Source: the human T2T-CHM13v2.0 reference genome, Homo sapiens. From it: a DNA stretch of 64,000 nucleotides. Positions 53,240 to 64,000 of this stretch are shown here, one piece after another. Under the pieces are notes generated by a model. The model made no database searches and had not been told where the DNA came from. It saw nothing but the letters and a program-made list of their open reading frames with translations. The first letter of the stretch is position 1. The number at the start of each line of letters is the position of its first letter. Position numbers and translations under genes: made by a program. The stretch is from the NCBI RefSeq assembly GCF_009914755.1, contig NC_060933.1. The stretch is one strand, 5' to 3'.

Positions 53240-56200
53240 ATTCGGATTGATTCTATTCAATTCCCTTACACTCCATTACATTCCATTCCATTCGGGTAGT
53301 TTCCATTGCATTCCATTCCATTCCTCTCCATTCCATTGCACTCGGGTTGATTCCATTCCATTGCATTCCATTCCATTCCATTCCATTCAATTCCATTCCG
53401 TTCCATTCCATTCCATTACATTCGGATTGATTCTATTCAACTCCCTTACTCTCCATTACATTCCATTCCATTCGGGTTGTTCCATTCCATTCCATTCCAT
53501 TCCACTCCATTCCATTGCACTCGGGTTGATTCCATTCCATTCCATTCCATTCCATTCCATTCCATTCCGGAAGATTCCATTCCTTTGCATTCCATTCCAT
53601 TCCATTCCCCTGCACTCGCGTTGATTCCATTCCATTCCATTCCATTCCATTCCTCTCCGTTCCATTCCATTCCATTCCATTCCTTTCCGTTCCGTTCCGT
53701 TCCGTTCCGTTCCATTCCATTCCATTCCATTCAATTCGGGTTAATTCCATTCCATTCCATTCGATTTCAATCGAGTTGATTCCATTCCATTCCATTCCAT
53801 TCCATTCCATTCCATTCCATTCCTTTCCATTCCATTACGGATGATTCCATTCCATTGCATTCCATTCCATTCCATTCCACTGTACTCGGGTTGATTCCAT
53901 TCCATTCCATTCCAATCCATGCCATTCCACTCGTGTTCATTCCATTCTTTCCATTCCATTCAAGTTGAATCCATTCCATTGCATTCCATTCCATTCCATT
54001 CCCCTGCAGTCGGGTTGATTCCATTCCATTCCATTCCATTCCATTCCATTCCGTTCCGTTCCGTTCCATTCCATTCCATTCCTTTCTATTCGGGTTAATT
54101 CCATTCCATTCCATTCCATTCCATTCCAATTAAGTTGATTCCTTTCCATTCCATTCCATTCCACTCCATTCCATTCCACTCCATTCCAGTCCTTTCCATT
54201 CCTTTCCACTCGGGTTGATTCCAATGTATTCCTTTCCATTCCATTCCATTCCATTGCAATCGAGTTGATTCCATTGCTTTGCATTCCATTCCATTCCATT
54301 CCATTCCGGATGATTCCTTTCCATTGCATTCCATTCCATTCCATTCCCCTGCACTCGGGTTGATTCCATTCCATTCCACTCCATTGCGTTCCATTCCATT
54401 CCATTGCATTGTATTCGGGTTAATTCCATTCCATTCCATTCCATTCCATTCCATTCCATTCCATTCCAGTCGAGTTGATTCCATTCCATTCCATTCCATT
54501 CCAGTCCTTTCCATCCCATTCCACTCGGGTTGATTCCATTCTATTAGTTTCCATTCCATTCCATTCCCTTCCATTCCACTCTGGTTGATTCCATTCCTTT
54601 CCATTCCACTCGAATATATTCCCTCCTATTCCACTCGGAACGATTCCATTCCATTCCATTCCATTCCATTCCATTCCATTCCATTCCATTCCATTTCCTT
54701 CCATTCCATTCTATTCCGTGTCATTCCATTCCATTCCATTGCATTCCATTCCATTCCATTCCATTCTATTCCGTTGCATTCCATTCCATTACATTCGGAT
54801 TGATTCTGTTCAACTCCCTTACTCTCCATTACATTCCATTCCATTCGGGTTGTTCCATTCCATTCCCTTCCATTCCACTCCATTCCATTGCACTCGGGTT
54901 GATTCCTTTCCATTCCATTCCATTCCGTTCCATTCCATTCCGGATGATTCCATTCCATTGCATTCCGTTCCATTACATTCCCCTGCACTCGCGTTGATTC
55001 CATTCCATTCCATTCCATTCCATTCCATTCAATTCCATTACAATTCGTTCCATTCCATTCTGTTCCGTACCATTCCATTCTATTCCATACCATTCCATTC
55101 CATTCCATTCCATTCCATTCCATTCCATTCCATTCCATTCCTTTCCATTCCGTTCCATTCCATTCCATTCCATTCCATTCTATTCGGATTAATTCCATTC
55201 CATTCCATTCCATTCCATTCTATTCCATTCCATTGCAATCGAGTTGAATCCATTGCATTTCATTCCATTCCATTCCATTCCATTCCATTCCGGAAGATTC
55301 CATTCCATTGCATTCCATTCCATTCCATTCCCCTGCACTCGCGTTGATTCCATTCCATTCCATTCCATTCCATTCCGTTCCGTTCTATTCCATTCCATTC
55401 CATTCCATTCCATTCCGTTCCATTCCATTCCATTCCATTCCATTCTATTCGGGTTAATTCCATTCCATTCCATTCGATTGCAATCGAGTTGATTCCATTC
55501 CATTCCATTCCATTCCATTCCATTCCATTCCTTTCCATTCCATTACGGATGATTCCATTCCATTGCATTCCATTCCATTCCATTCCCCTGTACTCTGGTT
55601 GATTCCATTCCATTCCATTCCAATCCATGCCATTCCACTCGTGTTGATTCCATTCTTTCCATTCCATTCAAGTTGAATCCATTCCATTGCATTCCATTCT
55701 ATTCGATTCCATTCGATTGCACTCGGGTTGACTCCATTCCATTGCGTTCCATTCCATTCCATTCCATTCCATTCCATTCCGTTCCATTCCATTCCATTAC
55801 ATTCGGATTGATTCTATTCAATTCCCTTACACTCCATTACATTCCATTCCATTCGGGTAGTTTACATTCCATTCCATTCCATTCCTCTCCATTCCATTGC
55901 ACTCGGGTTGATTCCATTCCATTGCATTCCATTCCATTCCATTCAATTCCATTCCGTTCCATTCCATTCCATTCCATTCGGATTGATTCTATTCAACTCC
56001 CTTACTCTCCATTACATTCCATTCCATTCGAGTTGTTCCATTCCATTCCATTCCATTCCATTCCACTCCATTCGATTGCACTCGGGTTGATTCCATTCCA
56101 TTGCATTCCATTCCATTCCATTCCATTCAGGAAGATTCCATTCCATTGCATTCCATTCCATTCCATTCCCCTGCACTCGCGTTGATTCCATTCCATTCCA

Positions 56201-58100
56201 TTCTATTCCATTCCATTCCCTTCCTTTCCGTTCCATTCCATCCCATTCCATTCCATTCCGTTCTGTTCCATTCCATTCCATTCCATTCTATTCGGGTTAA
56301 TTCCATTCCATTCCATTCGATTGCAATCGAGTTGATTCCATTCCATTCCATTCCATTCCATTCCATTCCATTCCATTCCTTTCCATTCCATTACGGATGA
56401 TTCCATTCCATTGCATTCCATTCCATTCCATTCCCCTGTACTCGGTTTGATTCCATTCCATTCCATTCCAATCCATGCCATTCCACTCGTGTTGATTCCA
56501 TTCTTTCAATTCCATTCAAGTTGAATCCATTCCATTGCATTCCATTCCATTCCATTCCCCTGCAGTCGGGTTGATTCCATTCCATTCCATTCCATTCCAT
56601 TCCATTCCATTCCATTCCGTTCCATTCCATTCCATTCCATTCTATTCGGGTTAATTCCATTCCATTCCATTCCATTCCATTCCATTCCATTCCAATCGAG
56701 TTGATTCCATTCCGTTCCATTCCATTCCATTCCACTCCATTCCAGTCCTTTCCATTCCATTCCACTCGGGTTGATTCCAATGTATTCCTTTCCATTCCAT
56801 TCCATTCCATTGCAATCGAGTTGATTCCATTGCTTTGCATTCCATTCCATTCCATTCAATTCCGGATGATTCCATTCCATTGCATTCCATTCCATTCCAT
56901 TCCCCTGCACTCGGGTTGATTCCATTCCATTCCACTCCATTCCGTTCCATTCCATTCCATTCCATTGTATTCGGGTTAATTCCATTCCATTCCATTCCAT
57001 TCCATTCCATTCCATTCCATTCCACTACAATCGAGTTGATTCCTTTCCATTCCATTCCATTCCAGTCCTTTCCATTCCATTCCACTCGGGTTGATTCCAT
57101 TCTATTAGTTTCCATTCCATTCCATTCCCTTCCATTCCTCTCTGGTTGATTCCATTCCTTTCCATTCCACTCGAATACATTCCCTCGTATTCCACTCGGA
57201 ACGATTCCATTCCATTCCATTCCATTCCATTCCATTCCAATCCATTCCATTCCATTTCGTTCCATTCCATTCTATTCCGTATCATTCCATTCCATTCCAT
57301 TCCATTCCATTCCATTCCATTGTACTCGGGTTGATTCCATTCCATTGCATTCCATTCCATTCCATTCCATTCCATTCCATTCCGTTGCATTCCATTCCAT
57401 TACATTCGGATTGATTCTATTCAACTCCCTTACTCTCCATTACATTCCATTCCATTCGGGTTGTTCCATTCCATTCCATTCCATTCCACTCCATTCCATT
57501 GCACTCGGGTTGACTCCATTCCATTCCATTCCGGATGATTCCATTCCATTGCATTCCGTTCCATTACATTCCCCTGCACTCGCGTTGATTCCATTACATT
57601 CCATTCCATTCAATTCCATTCCATTACAATTCGTTCCATTCCATTCTATTCCGTACCATTCCATTCCATTCCATACCATTCCATTCCATTCCATTCCATT
57701 CCATTCCGTTCCATTCCGTTCCATTCCATTCCATTCCACTCTATTCGGATTAATTCCATTCCATTCCATTCCATTCCATTCTATTCCATTCCATTGCAAT
57801 CGAGTTGAATCCATTGCATTTCATTCCATTCCATTCCATTCCATTCCATTACGGAAGATTCCATTCCATTGCATTCCATTCCATTCCATTCCCCTGCACT
57901 CGCGTTGATTACATTCCATTCCATTCCACTCCATTCCGTTCCGTTCCATTCCATTCCATTCCATTCCATTCCTTTCCGTTCCGTTCCGTTCCATTCCATT
58001 CCATTCTATTCGGGTTAATTCCTTTCCATTCCATTCGATTGCAATCGAGTTGATTCCATTCCATTCCATTCCATTCCTTTCCATTCCATTCCGGAAGATT
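53240..58100 (-). repeat. Tandem ~2.56 kb higher-order units (about 2 diverged copies)
   Basis: TTCCCTTACAC at 53261/55822, CCAATGTATT at 54221/56777, CGAATA(T/C)ATTCCCTC at 54611/57172 and CAATTCGTTC at 55041/57627. A similar motif order spans 11377-13873. Confidence 0.7.
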
Positions 58101-61100
58101 CCATTCCATTGCATTCCATTCCATTCCATTCCCCTTCACTCGCGTTGATTCCATTCCATTCCATTCCATTCCATTCCATTGCATTCCGTTCCATTCCATT
58201 CCATTCCTTTTCGTTCCATTCCATTCCATTCCGTTCCGTTCCATTCCTTTCCATTCCATTCTATTCGGGTTAATTCAATTCCATTCCATTCCATTGCAAT
58301 CGAGTTGATTCCATTCCATTCCATTCCATTCCATTCCATTCCATTCCTTTCCTTTCCATTCCATTACGGATGATTCCATTCCATTGCATTCCATTCCATT
58401 CCATTTTCCTGTACTCGGGTTGATTCCAATCCATTGCATTCCAATCCATGCCATTCCACTCTTGTTGATTCCATTCTTTCCATTCCATTCAAGTTGAATC
58501 CATTCCTTTGCATTCCATTCAATTCCATTCCATTCCCCTGCAGTCGGGTTGATTCCATTCCATTCCATTCCATTCCATTCCATTCCATTCCGTTCCATTC
58601 CATTCCATTCCATTCTATTCGGGTTAATTCCATTCCATTGCATTCCATTCCATTCCAATCGAGTTGATTCCATTCCATTCCATTCCATTCCATTCCACTC
58701 CATTCCACTCCTTTCCACTCGGGTTGATTCCATTCCTTTTCGTTCCATTCCATTCCATTCCATTCCATTCCGTTCCGTTCCATTCCATTCCATTCCATTC
58801 TATTCGGGTTAATTCAATTCCATTCCATTCCATTGCAATCCAGTTGATTCCAATCCGGATCATTCCATTCCATTGCATTCCATTCCATTCCATTCCCCTG
58901 CACTCGGATTGATTCCATTGCATTCCATTCCATTACATTCCGTTCCATTCCGTTCCATTCCATTCTATTCGAGTTAATTCCATTCCATTCCATTCCACTC
59001 CATTCCAGTCCTTTCCATTCCATTCCATTCGGGTTGATTCCATTCTATTCCTTTCCATTCCATTCCATTCCATTGTAATTGAGTTGATTCCATTCGAGTT
59101 GAATCCATTCCATTCCATTCCAATCGATTCCATTGCACACGGGTTCATTCCATTCAATTCCATTCCATTCCATTCCATTCCATTCCATTCCATTTCATTC
59201 CATTGCATTCTAATCCGTACCATTCCATTCTTTCCCATTCCATTCCGTTCCATTCCAAGCCATTACACTCGGGTTGATTCCATTCCTTTCCATTCCATTC
59301 TTGTTGAATCCATTCCATTCCATTCCATTCCATTCGAATCCATTCCATTGCACTCGGGTTGATTCCATTCCATTCCATTCCATTCTATTTCATCCCATTC
59401 CATTCCATTACATTCGGATTGATTCTATTCAATTACCTTACACTCCATTACATTCCATTCCATTCGGGATTTTTCCATTCCATTCCTTTCCATTCCACTC
59501 CATTCCATTGCATCAGGTTGATTGCATTCCATTCCATTCCATTCCATTCCGGATGATTCCATTCCATTTCATTCCATTCTATTCCATTCCCCTGCACTCG
59601 GGTTGATTACATTCCATTCCATTCCCTTCCTTTCCTTTCCATTCCATTCCATTCCTTTCTATTCGGGTTAATTCCATTCCATTCCATTCGATTGCATTCC
59701 TTTCCATTCCATTCCATTGCAATCGAGTTGATTGCATTCCATTCCATTCCATTCCGTTCCGGATGATTCCCTTCCATTGCATTCCATTCCATTCCATTCC
59801 CCTGCAGTCGGGTTGATTCCATTCCATTCCATTCCATTCCATTCCATTCCGTTCCATTCCATTCCATTCCATTCTATTCGGGTTAATTCCATTCCATTCC
59901 ATTCCACTCCATTCCATTACATCAGGTTGATTGCATTCCATTCCATTCCATTCCATTCCGGATGATTCCATTCCATTGCATTCCTTTCCATTCCATTCCC
60001 CTGCACTCGGGTTGATTCCATTCCATTCCATTCCATTCCATTCCATTCCATTCCATTCCATTCCGTTCCATTCCATTCCATTCCATTCTATTCCGGTTAA
60101 TTCCATTCCATTCCATTCGATTCCATTCCATTCCATTCCATTCCATTGCAATCGAGTTGATTCCATTCCATTCAATTCCATTCTATTCGGGTTAATTCCA
60201 TTCCATTCCATTCCATTCCATTCCATTCCAATCGAGTTGATTCCATTCCATTCCATTCCATTCCATTCCACTCCATTCCAGTCCTTTCCATTCCATTACA
60301 CTCGGGTTGATTCCATTCTATTCCTTTCCATTCCATTCCATTCCATTGCAATCGAGTTGATTCCATTGCTTTGCATTCCATTCCATTCCATTCCATTCCG
60401 GATGATTCCATTCCATTGCATTCCATTCCAATCCATTCCCCTGCACTCGGGTTGATTCCATTCCATTCCACTCCATTCCGTTCCATTCCATTCCATTCCC
60501 TTGTATTCGGGTTAATTCCATTCCATTCCATTCCATTCCATTCCATTCCATTCCATTCCATTACAATCGAGTTGATTCCATTCCATTCCATTGCATTCCA
60601 TTCCATTCCAGTCCTTTCCATTTCATTCCACTCGGGTTGATTCCATTCTATTAGTTTCCATTCCATTCCATTCCCTTCCATTCCACTCTGGTTGATTCCA
60701 TTCCTTTCCATTCCACTCGAATACATTCCCTCCTATTCCACTCCATTCCATTCCTCTGCAGTCGGGTTGATTCCATTCCATTCCATTCCATTCCATTCCA
60801 TTCCATTCTATTCGGGTTAATTCCATTCCATTCCATTCCATTCCATTCCAGTTCGTTCCATTCCATTCTATTCGGTACCATTCCATTCCATTCCATTCCT
60901 TTCCATTCCATTCCATTCCACTCGTGTTGATTCCATTCCTTTCCATTCCATTCGGTTTGAAGGCGTTCCATTCCATTCAATTCCATTCCATTCTATTCCA
61001 TTCCATTCCATTCCATTCCATTCCATTCCATTCCATTGCATTCCATTTTACTCGAGTTGATTCCATTCCATTGCATTCCATTCCATTCCATTCCATTCCA

Positions 61101-64000
61101 TTCCATTCCATTCCGTTGCATTCCATTCCATTACAATCGGATTGATTCTATTCAACTCCCTTACTCTGCATTACATTCCATTCCCTTCGGGTTGTTCCAT
61201 TCCATTCCATTCCATTCCACTCCATTCCATTGCACTCGGGTTGATTCCATTCCATTCCATTCCATTCCATTCCATTCCATTCCGGATGATTCCATTCCAT
61301 TGCATTCCGTTCCATTACATTCCCCTGCACTCGCGTTGATTCCATTCCATTCCATTCCATTCCATTCAATTCCATTCCATTGCAATTCGTTCCATTCCAT
61401 TCTATTCCTTACCATTCCATTCCATTCCATACCATTCCATTCCATTCCATTCCATTCCATTCCATTCCATTGCATTCCGTTCCATTCCATTCCATTCCAT
61501 TCTATTCGGATTAATTCCATTGCATTCCATTCCATTCCATTCTATTCCATTCCATTGCAATCGAGTTGAATCCATTGCATTTCATTCCATTCCATTCCAT
61601 TCCATTCCGGAAGATTCCATTCCATTGCATTCCATTCCATTCCATTCCCCTGCACTCGCGTTGATTCCATTCCATTCCATTCCATTCCATTCCATTCCAT
61701 TCCATTCCATTCCGTTCCGTTCCGTTCCGTACCATTCCATTCCATTCCATTCCGTTCCGTTCCGTTCCATTCCATTCCATTCCATTCTATTCGGGTTAAT
61801 TCCATTCCATTCCATTCGATTGCAATCGAGTTGATTCCATTCCATTCCATTCCATTCCATTCCATTCCATTCCTTCTCATTCCATTACGGATGATTCCAT
61901 TCCATTGCATTCCATTCCATTCCATTCCTCTGTACTCGGGTTGATTCCATTCCATTCCATTCCAATCCATGCCATTCCACTCGTGTTGATTCCATTCTTT
62001 CCATTCCATTCAAGTTGAATCCATTCCATTGCATTCCATTCCATTCGATTCCATTCGATTGCACTCGGGTTGATTCCATTCCATTGCATTCCATTCCATT
62101 CCATTCCATTCCATTCCGTTCCATTCCATTCCATTCCATTCGGATTGATTCTATTCAATTCCCTTACACTCCGTTATATTCCAATCCATTCTGGTTGTTT
62201 CCATTCCATTCCATTCCATTTCACTCCGTTCCATTGCACTCGGGTTGATTCCATTCCATTCCATTCCATTGCATTCCATTCCATTCCATTCCGGATGATT
62301 CCATTCCATTGCATTCCATTCCATTCCATTCCGGATGATTCCATTCCATTGCATTCCATTCCATTCCATTCCCCTGAACTCGCGTTGATTCCATTCCATT
62401 CCATTCCATTCCATTCCATTCCGGAAGATTCCATTCCATTGCATTCCATTCCATTCCATTCCCCTGCACTCGCGTTCATTCCAATCCATTCCATTCCATT
62501 CCATTCCGTTCCGTTCCATTCCATTCCATTCCATTCCATTCCATTCCATTCCATTCCGTTCCGTTCCGTTCCATTCCATTCCATTCCATTCTATTCGGGT
62601 TAATTCCATTCCATTCCATTCGATTGCAATCGAGTTGATTCCATTCCATTCCATTCCATTCCATTCCATTCCATTCCATTCCTTTCCATTCCATTACGGA
62701 TGATTCCATTCCATTGCATTCCATTCCATTCCATTCCCCTGTACTCGGGTTGATTCCATTCCAGTCCATTCCAATCCATGCCATTCCACTCGTGTTGATT
62801 CCATTCTTTCCATTCCATTCAAGTTGAATCCATTCCATTGCATTCCATTCCATTCGATTCCATTCGATTGCACTCGGGTTGATTCCATTCCATTGCACTC
62901 CATTCCATTCCATTTCATTCCATTCCATTCCTTTCCATTCCATTCCATTCCATTCCATTCCATTCCATTGCAATCGAGTTGATTACTTTCCATTCCTTTC
63001 CATTCCATTCCATTGCCTTGCATTGCACTCGGGTTGATTCCATTCCATTGCACTCCATTCCATTCCATTCCATTCCATTCCACTCCATTCCAGTCCTTTC
63101 CATTCCATTCCACTCGGGCTGATTCCAATGTATTCCTTTCCATTCCATTCCATTCCATTGCAATCGAGTTGATTCCATTGCTTTGCATTCCATTCCATTC
63201 CATTCCATTCCGGATGATTCCATTCCATTGCATTCCATTCCATTCCATTCCCCTGCACTCGGGTTGATTCCATTCCATTCCACTCCATTCCGTTCCATTC
63301 CATTCCATTCCATTGTATTCGGGTTAATTCCATTCCATTCCATTCCATTCCATTAAAATCGAGTTGATTCCATTCCGTTCCATTCCATTCCATTCCATTC
63401 CATACCAGTCCTTTCCATTCCCTTCCACTCGGGTTGATTCCATTCTATTAGTTTCCATTCCATTCCATTCCCTTCCATTCCACTCTGGTTGATTCCATTC
63501 CTTTCCATTCCACTCGAATACATTCCCTCCTATTCCACTAGGAACGATTCCATTCCATTCCATTCCATTCCATTCCATTCCATTCCATTCCATTCCATTT
63601 CGTTCCATTCCATTACACTCGGGTTGATTCCATTCCATTCCATTCCATTCCATTCCTTTCCATTCCATTCCATTACATTCGGATTGATTCCATTCAATTC
63701 CCTTACACTCCATTATATTCCATTCCATTCGGGTTGTTTACATTCCATTCCATTCCATTCCACTCCATTCCAATGAACTCGGGTTGATTCCATTCCATTC
63801 CATTCCATTCCATTCCATTCCATTCCATTCCTTTCCGGATGATTCCGTTCTATTACATTCCCCTGCACTCGGGTTGATTCCATTCCATTCCATTCGATTC
63901 CATTCCATTCCAATTCGTTCCATTCCATTCTATTCCGTACCATTCCATTCCATTCCATACCGTTCCGTTCCGTTCCGTTCCGTTCCGTTCCATTCCATTC

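Larger units (their letters stand above)
6066..64000 (-). repeat. Satellite III (HSat3) array, opposite orientation (CATTC on +, GGAAT on -)
   Basis: Continuous (CATTC)n with ACTCGGGTTGAT, GCAATCGAGTTGAT, CCGGATGAT and CTATTCGGGTTAAT motifs, the reverse complements of the left-block motifs. No further strand switch and no non-satellite insert was seen. Confidence 0.97.

Noticed and set aside
5-63958. Hundreds of ORFs (poly-MEWNG and poly-IPFHS, up to 397 aa, e.g. 11911-13104)
   Set aside because: A 5-bp repeat without stop codons gives the same pentapeptide in all frames. The ORFs overlap on both strands and show no domain-like sequence. The same WNGME peptide is known from the SCA31 (TGGAA)n expansion, but nothing here shows translation.
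1-64000. CRISPR-like appearance (recurrent ACTCGGGTTGATTCC separated by variable stretches)
   Set aside because: The intervening sequence is pentamer repeat rather than unique spacers, the spacing is irregular, and there are no cas genes.
1-64000. HSat2 or Y-specific DYZ1 assignment
   Set aside because: Long pure CATTC runs with ACTCGGGTTG dominate and CATTCGATTC is only a minor word, which fits HSat3 rather than HSat2. No regular ~3.6-kb unit is seen. An HSat3B / 9q12-like origin is plausible but cannot be shown without a k-mer search.

Overview
The whole 64 kb window is primate (human-type) pericentromeric Satellite III (HSat3). It consists of (CATTC/GGAAT)n pentamer runs interrupted by the classic CAACCCGAGT / ACTCGGGTTG motif and a small set of related diverged motifs. 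I see no genes, RNA genes, transposon insertions or CRISPR arrays. All supplied ORFs are pentamer read-throughs (poly-MEWNG or poly-IPFHS). The array has structure at several scales. (1) There is one clean strand inversion at 6066-6069: GGAAT is on + to the left and CATTC is on + to the right, joined through a self-complementary TGCA. About 400-bp arms of the same uncommon module flank the junction in inverted orientation around a ~140-bp spacer. (2) About 38 copies (counted by eye) of a perfect three-unit heat shock element, aTTCcgGAAgaTTCc, are built into the higher-order unit. (3) There is nested higher-order organisation: ~0.83-kb and ~2.5-kb units, multi-kb duplications with offsets of ~5.7, ~6.1-6.8, ~10.2 and ~12.5 kb, and 24-310 bp local tandem duplications. 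All alignments and counts were done by eye, so boundaries are approximate. Chromosome, species and HSat3 subfamily cannot be fixed without a search.
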